Source of the DNA: Felis catus
Taxonomy: Eukaryota
Reading direction: 5' to 3'
DNA: 64,000 bases
Assembly: GCF_018350175.1 (NCBI RefSeq)
Contig: NC_058384.1
Coordinates: 19,592,001 to 19,656,000, forward strand
Shown: positions 1 through 13,237 of the stretch, one piece after another
How the letters are laid out: the number at the start of each line of letters is the position of its first letter
How positions within the stretch are numbered: position 1 is the first letter of the stretch
Notes under the pieces: model-generated
Database searches by the model: none
What the model was told of the DNA's origin: nothing
What the model saw: the letters and a program-made list of their open reading frames with translations, nothing else
Made by a program: the position numbers and the translations under genes

Positions 1-714
1 CACAAACAGGAAAGGCCCCCTCTGGGGGACCCCTGGGTGTGTTGCTAATCCATTCGCCGGCTTCCATGTCACATTTAATTACTCACTCAATACAGAATTA
101 TGTGTCCTGCTACTCCAGGCTAATGAGATGCTGCAAAGCCCTCAAATTGAGGATTACAGAGTGCAACGTGTTGTGCCAAGGTCGGCGGAGATTGTTCTAA
201 AGCTCTGATTACTACACGATCGCCTTCTCTTTAACCTGAAAACCTTTAGTTCTCATTTTTCAAATGGATAAAATTATAGAGTACTTTGGAGGAACCAAAG
301 GGTGTTGCCCGGTTGTTTGTTTTAACTACACGAAAGCCTTAGTGATCAATACCTAAATCCTCCAAGCTGCATCGAGACGAACTCGCCCTCATGCTCATCT
401 CCCAATGGGGTATGCTGACCTTTGCCTCGGGAGAGTGAGAAACTACAACCTCTTGATGGCATTCTGCAGGGAAGTAATGCCAGGAGTCGGATAGATGCTG
501 TTGGAAACATATTGAACAACGCCTGCATGCCCACCGAGCTTAATAATCAGAGACCCCGTGCAACCCTTTTATTTCAACTCCTCACCATGTGATTCTGTCA
601 CAGGGGGCAGAACCTTGCATCTTACCCAGAGGACCTTGCGTCTTGGCATATTTGCCCTGCCCATGAAACCAGAGTCGTGGAGAGGCGCCGGGGTTTTACT
701 GTGCACCCCCTACA

Positions 715-1272
715 CCTGTGCCTTAGCCACCAGGTACGTGTGACGGTTGAGCAGTTGAGACGTGACTGCCCTGCACTGAGATGTATTATAAGCATAAAAT
801 ATACGCCAGATTTTACAACGTAGGACTTTAAAATGGCAAGCTCTCAGATTCATGATTTTTTAAATATTTGATGACGTATTGAAATGAAACATTTTGGATA
901 TATTGGGTTAAATCAGGGTTTCTCAACCTTGGCACTATTGACAGTTGGGGCCACAACAAAGGCTGTCCTGTGCCTCACAGGAGATGTAGCTACATCCTGG
1001 GCTTCTCCCCACTAGAGGCCATCAGTACCCTCCCAGTTGTGACAACCAAAAGTTGCCTAATGACATTGTCAAATGCCATTACTAGATATTAGGAAGTGCC
1101 CCCTGGGGGGAAAATCTTCCCTGGATGAGAACTACTGGGATAACTAAAATATATTATTAAAATTAATATCTATTTTCCATTTGACTTTTTTTAACATCAT
1201 TTCTAGGAAACTTAGAATGACACACGTGGCTTGCATTTGTGGCTTGTATTGTGTTTATGCTGCATAGTGCTG
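715..1272 (-). mobile_element. MER33-like hAT-Charlie DNA transposon, split by MER20
   Basis: Both halves (about 715-913 and 1138-1272) resemble the recalled MER33 consensus. Confidence 0.7.
914..1137 (-). mobile_element. MER20 hAT-Charlie DNA transposon
   Basis: Termini cagggtttctcaacc...gagaactactg, internal ttgtgacaaccaaaa, degenerate 8-bp TSD. Confidence 0.85.
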
Positions 1273-2169
1273 CCTCTAGACGGAGCACCTGGAGAACAAG
1301 GCTCTCATCTTTCCATTGCTGCAACACCAATGCTGAGAACAGAGACCCCCCCCCCCAGGGCCCAGCAGGGGGCAGAGGGGCAGGGGCAGACCCACAGTGG
1401 GTAATGCTTCCAGGTATGGTTGGCAGGAATTGGCCCACAGAAGACACCCGGGAGAGTAAGAGGAAGGAAGTGGGACAAACACCAGAAAGGTCAGGTCAAG
1501 CCTACAGGTGATTGAAGGACACATTTGCAACATGTCCTAGAGTTTGAGGAAAACAGAATTCTTAGTAACTATTGTGATATCACTGGCTGCCTCAGATAAC
1601 ATATATCCCACTGGATAAAGGCCACTTCAGGACCCCATGCTCTCTTTTAACTGAGAAAATCTTTACTGGTGTCAAAACAGCAGAAAATAATGTATCATTT
1701 GGGGACATAACATCTCATTGAGCACACAAGCTCTCAAGTCCCCTTGCCATGTTTTCATTTTCTGTTTTCCATTTCTGACCCACCTAGCCTGCCTTTCTTC
1801 AGCTGTCGTTTTCAACTCTGGGTTCCCCTTCCCACCCATCATGGCCTACTCAGACCCTGAAGTCCTCAAAAGTGTGTTGCTCTTAAGCCACCCAGCATAC
1901 CTCTCCACCTACCATGTGCTCCCATGCTATTCTAATATGGCCGGTCACATCTCACAGCCTGTGAGCCCTTCTCTGTCACTACCTCCTCCCCTCCCCAAAA
2001 TCGTTCCCTTCCTGACTCTTCTCCTGTTAGAACTTGACATAGGTACATGGCTCATGGATGACTACAATTGCTAGTGCCAGGCACCTCCCATCACCTCTAA
2101 CAAGGTTCAGCACTCCTGTCACATAACCTACCCGGATGTCCCCATGAAGGGAAAGAAAGTATAACATCA

Positions 2170-2900
2170 TCACTTTTTCCATTAAGTTCCCTTTGACTGA
2201 AAGGAACAGAGAACTCCAACTCAAAGTGTCTCAACAAATAAGAAATGTATAGCTCCAGTTATTTGGGCAACATAATGACATTATTAAGGACCCAGAAGCT
2301 TTCTACCTTTTTTGCTTCGTCATTCTCAGAGTGCCCACTTTGTCCTTAGGGTTGCTTCCTTCATAATCCCAAATATCTAGTAGTCCCAGGTGTTCCATCC
2401 AGAGACAAGGTCCAGAGGTAAAAAGGAAGCCATCTCTTCCCCATATTGTGTTTGAAGAGTGGAGAAACCTCTCCTGTAAGCCCCCAGTGGACTTACCACA
2501 CCTCATTGGTTAGCACTGTACCATGTATCTGTATCCAACCAATGACTAGCAAGGAGAATGGGATCACCATGACTGATTTAGACAGTAGCGCTCAAGGTAT
2601 GGTTCTCAGACCAGCTGTATCAGCATCATGTGATGCAAATTCTCTCTCATCCCATCCAGACATACTAAAGCAGAAACTCTGAGGGTAGACCCCAGCAACT
2701 GGTGTTTCAACAATCCCTCCAGATGATTCTGGTTCACATTAAAGTTTAGGAACCACTGGCTGAGACCAAGCAAGATTTGCTTCTTAAAGCTCACCTCCCT
2801 AGAAACTTGTGGTTATGATGAAGGAGGGTGTATGTGTAAACAAAATCAGGGTTCTTTGGCCAAGGAGAAAGGGGCAAAGAATTGATAGCCATCTGCTATA
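2170..2900. mobile_element. Old MLT1-family (ERVL-MaLR) LTR, split by MER5A
   Basis: MLT1K/L-like motifs (ctcattgg...aaccaatgactagcaagg, aacaaaatcagggttct). Confidence 0.55.
2583..2758 (+). mobile_element. MER5A hAT-Charlie DNA transposon
   Basis: cagcatca...gcaaattctc...cagaaactctg...ccctccagatgattctg...gaaccactg. Confidence 0.85.
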
Positions 2901-5849
2901 ATCACCAAGGCAATTTTTCCCCTTTGACTGGAAAAGTACCCTTCCTATACTATAAGCTTTAAGTGCACATACCCAGTAACCATTTTATGGGTGGTTCAAA
3001 GAACGGTCTTGGAGATCCTGAGAAGAAATTTGACTAACTCTGTTTCTGTACAATATCCAGCAAACCAACAACCCTTTAGCAATGCAGATGTTTCATATTA
3101 TCCTCAGGACAATTCTCTAAATTATTTTCATTTTCATGTTTCAGATGGGAAGACTGAAGATCAAAAAGGACAGAATCACACAGCTGGCAACTTTCAGGAC
3201 CAGTATTCACTCTGTAGATCTTCTGGCTCGAACTCATTCACTCCTTTCACCGTGACACCAAGTGAGACTTGGTACTTACTCCCAAGTAAATGTTGCTAGG
3301 CAGAAACAGCTGTAACCCAAAGCAACCTGGGTCAGAACTCTGAAGGGGAGAGGTCTCCTGCAATTAAGTCTTTTAGAGAGAAAGCATGACTGTCTCCATG
3401 ACTTTCATTGCTATGGTCTGCTCTGATGCGAGACATTGGAACTCCAACTACAGGAAAATCTGACAGAAGAAATGGCAGATATTTTCCCACCACTGTTAAT
3501 TGTACTGCAGAGAGATTTTGCATGCTTCTGCCTGAGAAAATGAGCATTTTCATTAATACCATAGATTTGATGAGTGACCTAAAGTTCAGCAAAACAGATG
3601 CTGCCTTGATCACATTGAAATTACCTAAGAAGACATTTTTCTCTAGAAAATCCAAAAGATTTTTTAAATTTTATTTCTTTGAGCTACAGATATGGATGAT
3701 CTTTAAATCATGAATCTTAAAAAAGCACACACAATACACATTAAAATAAATTTCAACAGTGGCTTTTCAGCTAGGGGACCCAAGCTGTAGTGTTCTTGAC
3801 TAGCCATCAAACCAGGAGCCCAACCCCCAAAGATCACATGGGGTTCCTGGGGCGACAGAACCCAAGAAACAGGGCGGTCATGTTTCTCAACCCCAGGGAC
3901 TCCAATCTCCTCACACTGTAACCATTCTACAACCCTTCTGGGAATTCCCTTCAGATCCAGGGAGCACTTTTTACTAGAACAGCACTGCCTGAGACGGAAA
4001 TCCTATGAACTCTTTTACAGCCTGGATCAACCCTATGCGATCCTCAACAGGCATCCAGAGACCCAGAGAGCACAAAATGCCATGTATTGGGGCAGTTCCA
4101 GAAGAAAAGGACTTTCACTGAGAAGACATGTAACAAATTTCAATGGAAACCCTGAATAAATGTCAAGAGTGACACTGTCCTGATGTCCCTTGTCCTAGGA
4201 TTCTCAAAGGAAAACGGTCACCTCCAGAGTCTCTAATCCTGGCCCTGCTGCTGATTTCCCTCTTCTTTCTGTGGCCTCAGTTGACCCAACATGATGGTCT
4301 CTGAGCTTTGCTGTTCTCTGAATCTGTGCTGGACCAGCTCTCCAGCTCTGGATTCCAGCATCACTCCAACCTGAGGCGGCTTAGATCAAATGCACCTGCT
4401 CTCCAAGATGCTGTCAACAAGGAGAACTTTCTTTCTGATAAAGAGAAATCCCTGCTCCAGCTCCACTGGGTCCTGGCACATCTGCCAGGTCCTGTCCCTG
4501 ACAGAAGTCCAACATCTTCATGCCGGACCCCAGGTGGAGGAGAGCACATTCGGCACCTCAGCCCCACAGGAGCACAGGAGTTCAAAGCCCCAGAAAAAGC
4601 TCTGCGTAAGCTGGGTTCATGAATGCTTTATCATTGCTCTGCTGAGCAGTTACCCCCATACCAGGCAAGTCAGAACAAGCCTTCTAAGCCGTGGTGATGG
4701 ATGTTCGCAGGAAACCCATGGGAGTTATTAATATTCATGTTCCCGTCACACTTTTGCAAGTAACAGAAGCTTGTTTTCTGTAACACATCATTAGGTGAGG
4801 AAGACAAGTGACCTCCTAGAGTTTTGAAGCACAAAGGGTGGTCACCCAAGACCCAGAAGGGATTGAGGAGAACGCAGGCAAGGTGAGAAGGTTGAAGGTG
4901 TTCAACTTTCTCATTTTGGAAACTCCCAAAAGACCCTTTGGGCAAATGCAGACCTTGGTGGGCCCCTGCAGAGCGAGCCCTTGTGGAATCTGGGGCCGTT
5001 CATGGTCTCTCCCTCGCACAGAGGATACTAGGAATCGGTACGGGGTGTCTAAGGTCACAAGCTTTGAGAGCACAGAGTGGGGAATTGGAATATCTGGGCT
5101 CAGCCATCATCCTGCCTGCTCTAACGCCCTGGAGGGGCCCCAGACTCAGATCAAAATAGCGGGGAGTCATGACGGTCAGAGTAGAGCATTTAATGAGCTC
5201 AGGGGAGACCAGGTTCCCACCCCCCCCACCCCCCACCCAGCCCCTCAGCAGGAACGGGAGTGCAGGGAAGCAGGAGGGGAGAAACGTCCAGCAACTAAAG
5301 GAGCCGGTCAGTAGAGATGGGCAGCCGAGCGGGGTTACACCCAAGGTCTCTCAGAGCTGCCCGCTGCCCCTCCCCACGCCGGGAATGCCTTAAAATGTAA
5401 GCTGTTTCCACACACCCATTCCCACCTCACAACACTTCCCACACTGCTCTGTAATTGGGGGTGTGGCCTCTTTGTGCCTCTGTTCCCTCATCTGCCAAAG
5501 AGGCAAAAGAGCAATGCCTCGTTTTGTTGTGAGCAGTAGGAGAGTTAATGCTGTGTATGTGGACGTGCCTCAACGGCACCTGGCACACAGCTGTGTGCTC
5601 CCTTAAATGTGAGCCATCACCATTATTACTATATTCCTACGATTTACGCGTCCTTTTCCCTCAGCAGACTGGGTTCTCTGGAGGCAGGAGCCAGGTCTCG
5701 CTGTATCTGTGGCCCCAAAGCCCAGCACGGTGCCAGGCACAATAAAGACCCGAATCAATGAATGAGTGGTACATGCCCTAACCCTGCCATGGTAAGAAAG
5801 GCCTCACTCCACCCTCAGGCAGCGCAGAGGCCTCGCTTCCTAATAGCAT

Positions 5850-6215
5850 CAGGTTAATTCATTCAACAGATAATTATTGATCACAGGCTCCGAGCCAGGC
5901 GCTATCCTGGGTCCTGAAAAGACAGCAGGGGACAGACATCAGAAGACTCCTGGGCCTCGTGAAGCTTGCCTCTCATGGGAACACAAAAGAAACCACAAAA
6001 TGAATTTGTAAAATGCAGCACGTTAGATGTGAATCTACACTATGGAGAAAAACTGAATGGCAAGAATGTTGGGGAGCAGGGATATTCAGTGTAACCGTAG
6101 CTCCCGGGGGGAGACCTGAGAGGGGTATCCTTGCAGTCAGCCAGGGAAGGAAGGATGTGCCAGCCGCGAGGATGCTGGGGAACAGCCTTCCGGGTAGAGG
6201 GAACCGAAAGTGCAA
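5850..6215 (-). mobile_element. L2 LINE fragment
   Basis: ttcattcaacagataattattga... typical of an L2 3' end in antisense. Confidence 0.55.
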
Positions 6216-9089
6216 AGATCAGCTCATTGTCACCGTGTTCTGACAGGTGACGCCTCAGCTATCACAGTCCTAACGAAAGTGGAGAGGGTTTCCTTCAGCG
6301 CCTGAGTGATCAAAGTCAGATTATGGTACGGAGTTTTCCCGCAAAGTCGAGGCACAAATAGAAACAGCCCTTTATTGACTAATGCGTGTTTGTAGAGTGA
6401 AATAGGGTTTCTCAGTCTGATGAGGAAGGGACACTCCTGAAAATTCCAGATGTTTCCACCTACAGGTCATAAATCTCTTTTTCCTTCCAGATATACCATA
6501 TATACATATTTAACTGATATATATTTTTACATATAGCCTAGTGCCAAACCTGGCACATTATAATTGCTTTAAACGCTTATTCTTGTTATTCCAATCTCAT
6601 TCCCTCAACTTCCTCAAACTCCCACTCTTCCAAAATGCCACAAAGAAGGAAAAACACTGGAGGAGGCTGTTGCCCCATTGCTACTTGGGAGCATGGGTGG
6701 GGAGGGGGAGGAAAGGGATCCTTGGCCACTAATGTACGTTTTCTGCACCCGACTGTGAGCAGCTTGAGCATACCAATCTCCAAGTTTGTGATGATGCCCA
6801 GCAAAGGATTGCCACTAGTAGGAATTCACTAAATGCCTGATGAAAGAATAAACGGAAATGACAGTGCGGGAACTGACATGTAACGGGGCACAGTGCTGTC
6901 GCGGGCTTGTTTTGAGGAGCCCCACCAGGCTCCTGCGCCAGCACGAGCCCGTGGCTCCCACAGAGCGAGCCTTGATGGCGACCCAACATCTCAGGGGCTT
7001 AACTCTCTCTCAGTCTCGTGTGCACCCTCCCTCAAGCGCCACCTGGCATTTCGGGTGGTGAGTGAGTGGCAGCCCACAGAGGGGGGTTTGGGTGATTTTA
7101 CTGCTGTTTAGCTTTGTTGGCATTTAGATAAATCATCCCTTTCTGTAATTTTAAACTTTAGCTCGGTGTTCTCAGAGAAGATGTAAATTATTAAACAAAG
7201 GAAAGCAACTCTGGCTTCAGATCAGATGGCAATTAGCATCACCTAGCACTGAGAAAAGTCCCTTCCTGGGGTCCGCGTGTCAGCGTAAGGAGCTCACAGT
7301 TTGGCAACCACGCTCAAGTTCTGGCTGATATTAATCTCAGATGTGCCTGCAACCCAAAAAAAACTCATCGACATTCACGCTGAGTAAAAGAGGGGGGAAA
7401 AAAGAAGAAGAAGAAGAAAGGAAATCTTGGTGTAAGAGCAGAGAGAACTCGCGTTAACTGCTCATCTTCTGTGTACCATGTATGGTACGGATGTCTCATT
7501 TTCACGTTTACGTCGCGAGGAAAGTGCACAATCTTGGGTTTGCATGCAGTGAAACGGGGTTCACAAAAGCTGAGAAACCCACCCAAAGATACCCAGAAGG
7601 GTACCCAGCAGGTGGAAGAGCTGGGAGTGGAACCCAGATCTGCTCATGCTCAGCTGCCTCATGGGAGAAGATGGCACGGGACCCCACAGGCGGCCACAGG
7701 GTCACCCCGAAGGGCTGGTGGGCAGCAAGCAGCAATGTCCCGGGCAGAGTCTACGTATGGGCCACCCCCTCCGAACGAGCACTCTAGGAAGGAGAAATGA
7801 GCCTTCACACATCTTAGTGACATCAGAATTCTTTCCTCCCTGTGAGGAAAGGAAAAGATGTCCCTCAAACTGAGCAAAAGTCCCAAGGTCCTCGAGCACT
7901 GTGTCTCAGCCTTTTCTTCACTCTGGTCTCCCCACTTTTGCATGTATTGTGTCTTCCCTATTAGATCATAATCCCTATTAAATATGTAGACATAGAGATG
8001 GAAATATACATCTGATATTCCCCTTCAGTGTTCGAACCAGCCTCGTCCCCAACAGTTAGTAAATATTTGTTGAATGAATATTCTTATGTAAAACATATCA
8101 TAGAAATAAAAGATTATAACTGATCCACCTAAATAGGGTTCAAAAAAGAGAAGCCTTTAAGCATTGATTTTGTTTTTCTGATTCCAAAATTAAATCCCCT
8201 CTTGGAATTCAGAAAGTGACAGGAGATATTGACACTGGAAATTGGGGAGAGGGGGGTTGAATTAATCAGATATCAAAACAAAAATCTGTATGTACTTAAG
8301 AGTCCCTCTGCCCCTGCCAGCTGCCTCTTACGATGAACGATGATCCTCATAGAAACGGGGGGAAGTGTGGTTTAAAAAGGTAAATAGAAGAATTCAAAGG
8401 ACACCATCAGAAAGGCATGCAGGACTTCCACATCAGAGTTCTAATTGGCCAGACAAATGTTAACAGGAAGAAGACCAAAAGCCTGCATGGCAAAAGACCC
8501 TCAAACTACCCAGATGGAAATGAAATTCTGAACCATGAAAGCCAGAAAAACTGGGAAGAAAATACTGCTTCAGAGATTCCTGGTAAGATCCTTTTTTACC
8601 CATCTGGAGAGGCCACACACACAGACTGATGAGAGTGTGCCCGGGCCTTGGTAACCTTCCAACGCCCATTGCTGCCAACTGCTGTGCCCTTGGTCCTAGA
8701 CCACCTGCCTGGTGTGACACAAGCCAGAGACGCCAGCTGAGCATCCCACGACCATCAAAGTTCACATTAACCAGGTGACTTCTGAGCCTGAGGAAGGAGC
8801 CAGCTCAAACATTTCACTTGGGATCATGCCAAAAAGCAGCTGTCTAAATAACAGCCCCATAACCAGCTCCAATAAGATTTCCCTCTGGATGAGAAGGGTC
8901 ATTCAAGCTGCCGAGAAATAGGCTGCGTGGCAGTGAGAAATATTCAGGTAAGAGACATGGACGACGTGATAAAGCATCTTTCTTCCTTAGAAGTTTCAAA
9001 CCTCCTTAAAACAAAGATTTAGAGAGGTCCTCTGACATAGCTACCCTCTGCCATTCTATAACTAACTCGCTTTTATGAAATAGTTAGAA

Positions 9090-9330
9090 TAGCTATGACT
9101 ATTGGTTAGTCACTATGTGCCCAGCACTGTTTTAAGTATTGAGAAATGTTAACTCATTTAATGCAAAAAAACAAAAAAACAAAAAAAAAAAACAAAAAAC
9201 AAAAAACAAAAAAGATCCTATGATGTGAGAAATGGCATCACTTCCATTAATGGATGAGCAAACCGAGGCCCTGGAAGGTTAACTTGTCCAAGATCACAGA
9301 GCTCCAGAGCCCTCACTCTTTCCCACTACA
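9090..9330 (-). mobile_element. MIR containing an (A-rich/CAAAAAA)n tract at 9164-9213
   Basis: MIR core motifs cccagcactgtttta...gatgagcaaaccgaggc...aacttgtccaagatcacagagct. Confidence 0.65.
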
Positions 9331-10659
9331 TTATCCCATATCTTATATTAGGATCTCAGGGAAAGCCTCTTACATTTTCACCGCACTTGCTGTTATTGAC
9401 GCAGACTAACCGCTCTTTCCTTTGGGAACATGTGTGTGTTCTGAGGATTTACCCAATTCAGCAAATCCAATGAAACCTTATTCAGCGTTTGCCAGGAGAA
9501 AAATCAGGGTTAGATGCAAGGACAGGCTCCACCTGGTGGTGGGACTCAGGGCTGTCCTCACTGCAGCTCATGCGGGACATGGCTTGGGACACTACGGAAT
9601 CATGGAAAGTGGAATGGCCCGTGCAGTGAGCAAGAAGGTAGATGCCCTTGCATCCCCGACCCACTCTCGCTCCTCCTTATTTAGTCCCTGATTTTATTTC
9701 CAGATCGTGTCCTCATATCTGGTTAGCGTGATGAGTTATGCCTCTGGCTTCCTACCAACTCTCCTCTCCCAAGTCTCTCATGGACATGACTCAAGCCAGC
9801 TGTGCTCTGGGCTATATTTCCCTAGATCTTCTCCCTGTGAGATTCAGTTGTCTTTGCCCTCTTACCTTCTCAGAGAGTGGTCAAGACTGGTGGGTGGGCG
9901 TCAGGGAAAGGGACCCAGGAAGCCAGTTTGAAGTCCAGCCTTTGAGCTCTTCAGGAGGCAAAGACAACACTGTGACTCGCACGTTGAAGCCAGCTCCCCC
10001 AGGCCATGCGTTCCACATGGGGATTTTGACCAACCCCTGTAGGAATCAATAGCATGCTCCTGTCTGGCCATGTCCTCCACACAAGTCTACCTCGAAACCA
10101 GTAGTGGTGAAGAGTGACTGATTGGGGATTATGGTTTTTAGGATCCCACACCCATGTCCACCTCCATCATGGAGATGTCTTAGAGATATAAGGATCAGTG
10201 AACCATGGTCCTTCTCTACCATTAAGGAACTTACAATCTAGAGGGGATATAGACTTCAATGTGAGTAGTCAAATATAAGTAGACAGGGAACACAGTCTAC
10301 CTGGGAACACAGGGGAGGGCATGGTGGGTTTCAGCTAAAGCAATCAGAAGAAGCAATCAGGATTAACAGGATTTTGAAGGCAAGGGAGGGAAGCACATTC
10401 CAGGTCAAGGGCACAACACAAGTGGAGACTATGAAGCATGAAAAGCATAATAGGGTTTGGAGATTATCAGTGATCGAAGCATTGGGTATAGGAGAAGCTC
10501 AATGAGAGAAGAAAGTGACCCCAGCCCATAGAAAACCTTAAATGTCATGTTAAAGGACTTGGTCTTTGCCCTTTGACAAATAAACAGACATGATAGGTTT
10601 TAAGTATGTATTCTCTGAAGACTTTTTACTTGAACTTGGGACTAACAAATCTAGCTGCA

Positions 10660-11240
10660 TAGACTTGACACATCTCCACTTGTAATTCCCACACACATCT
10701 CAGACCGAATATGTCCAGACCAAACTCGATCTTTTCCCCACATCTGCTCTTCCTGTGGCCTTCCCCCAGTTTCCTCCTTCTAGACCCAAAAATCTAGGTT
10801 GTACGCCTTTGTTTCTCTCACACCCCAATAGCCAACCCATCAGCAAATTCTAATAGTTCGACCCTGAACATGTATACAGAATTCCACCACTTCCTACCAT
10901 CATCCCCACAGCCACCACCTCGATCCTGCCACCATGTTCTATTACCTGGATGGTCACAGTCTCCACCCAGCAACCAGAGTGGTCCTCGGAAAATGTAGGT
11001 CAGATCATGGCAGTCACTCCTCTGCTCAAAGCCAGTAGGAGTTTCCCTCTCCTGTGGAACAGAGGCCAAGGATCTTACACTGACCTCTATGTCCTATATG
11101 ACCTGCCCTTGCCCCCATCTCTGAGCTCTTCTACTGCCCCTTCCCTTTGCATCACCCTCAGCATCCTGACTTCTCAACTGTTACTCATACACCAAGCATG
11201 CTCTACCTCAGGACCCTTACACTTGGCATTTTCTCGGCCA
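10660..11240 (+). mobile_element. L2 LINE fragment
   Basis: ctccacttg...catctca...atgtccagaccaaactc...tcactcctctgctcaaa...ctcaggaccctt. Confidence 0.7.
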
Positions 11241-11244
11241 ATAT

Positions 11245-11267
11245 ATCAAAGACTCCTTATAAGGAGG

Positions 11268-11310
<43 letters not shown>

Positions 11311-11578
11311 ACAGAGAAGAGAAGACCATGCAATAANNNNNNNNNNNNNNNNNNNNNNNNNNNNNNNNNNNNNNNNNNNNNNNNNNNNNNNNNNNNNNNN
11401 NNNNNNNNNNNNNNNNNNNNNNNNNNNNNNNNNNNNNNNNNNNNNNNNNNNNNNNNNNNNNNNNNNNNCCCCTAAGACTCAGCAGGCTTCTGCTTCCAGA
11501 ACTGTAAGATAATAGATTTATATTGGTTCAAGCCACTAAGTTTGTGATCATTTTTTTACAGCGGCAACAGGAAACATA
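11245..11578 (+). mobile_element. MLT1-family LTR fragment with (GA)n and an N-gap
   Basis: 3' LTR motif ccagaactgtaagataata...aagccactaagtttgtg...tttacagcggcaacaggaaac. Confidence 0.7.
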
Positions 11579-13013
11579 CCACCAGGGAGCCACAGATGTC
11601 TGTGACAAGTAGAAAGGACACTGGACAAGGATTACAGGATCTACAAGAATCCTTTTACTCTTAAAATTCTAAAAACCTAAAGGAGCTTTAAAAAAAAAAT
11701 CTTATGACCTCTCCTGCTTCTGGCTCCTTCCATGGCAAGATGGTGAAGGCAGAGGCCAGCTCTGTGACAATTCCCGTCTACTCAGCTGGGCTACTTTGGT
11801 AGCAGCAACTTTAGCAAACACTATTTCCAGACCTGACATAGAGAAATCGTCTTATTTTTTTAAGAGCATTAGCTTTCCTAGCTTTTTCTTTCTTTCTTTT
11901 TTCCCTGATGGGAGGAGGAGAAAGAAAAGACTTCATGCCCCGAAGTAGAAATAATTACCTTCAGGACTTCAAGACCGCATTCCCACCGTTTATTCCATCC
12001 TGATCAAAGTCAGTCATAAATGAAGCACAAACGGTAGCCTTCTATTCACTATTTCTTTAAATAATCTTTCTGCCTCTCCCCTTTGAGGAAAAACATTTAA
12101 AAACTGAAGACTAGTATTACCCACAATGATAATGTTTCACATTTATATTCTCAAAGAGCATTAGCATCATTAGGCAGTTAATGCATAGGACACTTCTCGC
12201 AGCGAGGCAGGTCAGGACTGTCATTTCCTCTTAGCGACAGGGCTCTGGAGTCCGTGAGATTCAGCACTCACTCGTACAGTGTCATCCATCAGTCACAGAG
12301 CCAGCGCGGGAAACCGGGTCAACAGAATCTCACATCTCTCCGACATGTGTAGAACCATGAGTGGCCAACCGCCTCCAGAAAAGATTGTGTTTTCAAGAAA
12401 AGGAAAAAAACCAAACAAACCGGTTTCTCAATTAGGAACAGGATTCAAGTCGCCTGTTCCTATCCTTTAGGGGAGGTAAGAATGATAAACACGGCACAGA
12501 CGACAATATGAAAAAGCCAGGGCTGTGCTTTGTGGCGTAGACGGTAAGAGCCGTGGGAATTCAGAGAAAGGAGGCGTGACTGTGCAGGTGTGCCTACGCA
12601 GCGCTTTCTTTTCCCACAATTCACACCAGCTAGAATGCTCAGAGCTCAGAGAGGTGCTCTGTATTTTCACCACGGGGCACGTGTATGTCCCGCCTAAAGG
12701 CAATGCAGCAACTACATGTGCAGTGGAAAAGAAAGCATGAGACATGAGTCTACTGGCCTCTTGGCTCCTCTCTTAGAGCCACTGACCTGGATTTCAGAAA
12801 TCTCTCATAGCTTAGTGATGGCATTCCCACAAGATTCATGTGATCCTGCCCGGATGCCTGCTCTGAAGAGACAGGACAGAGACGTACTTTAGCACTTGAC
12901 AGGTCTTAGCATTCGCTGAAATGAGCCAGTTTTTCCCCCAACCCCCACCAAAAAAAAAAAAAAAAAAAAAAAGTGAGAGACTCAGGAAGTTTTTGTTTTG
13001 CCAAGTTAAGGCA

Positions 13014-13237
13014 TTTTTTTTAATTTTTTTTAACGTTTTTTATTTATTTTTGAGACAGAGAGATCCAGAGCATGAACGGGGGAGGGGCAGAGAGAGAGGG
13101 AGACACAGAATCGGAAACAGGCTCCAGGCTCCGAGCCATCAGCCCAGAGCCCGACGCGGGGCTCGAACTCACGGACCGCGAGATCGTGACCTGAGCTGAA
13201 GTCGGACGCTTAACGGACTGAGCCACCCAGGCGCCCC
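13014..13237 (-). mobile_element. Can-SINE (SINEC_Fc, young)
   Basis: tRNA-derived head, (CT)n, A tail, TSD ggcattttt. Confidence 0.93.

Noticed and set aside
4308-5393. Cluster of overlapping 70-160 aa ORFs
   Set aside because: GC-rich intergenic sequence with no homology I recognise and no consistent exon structure.
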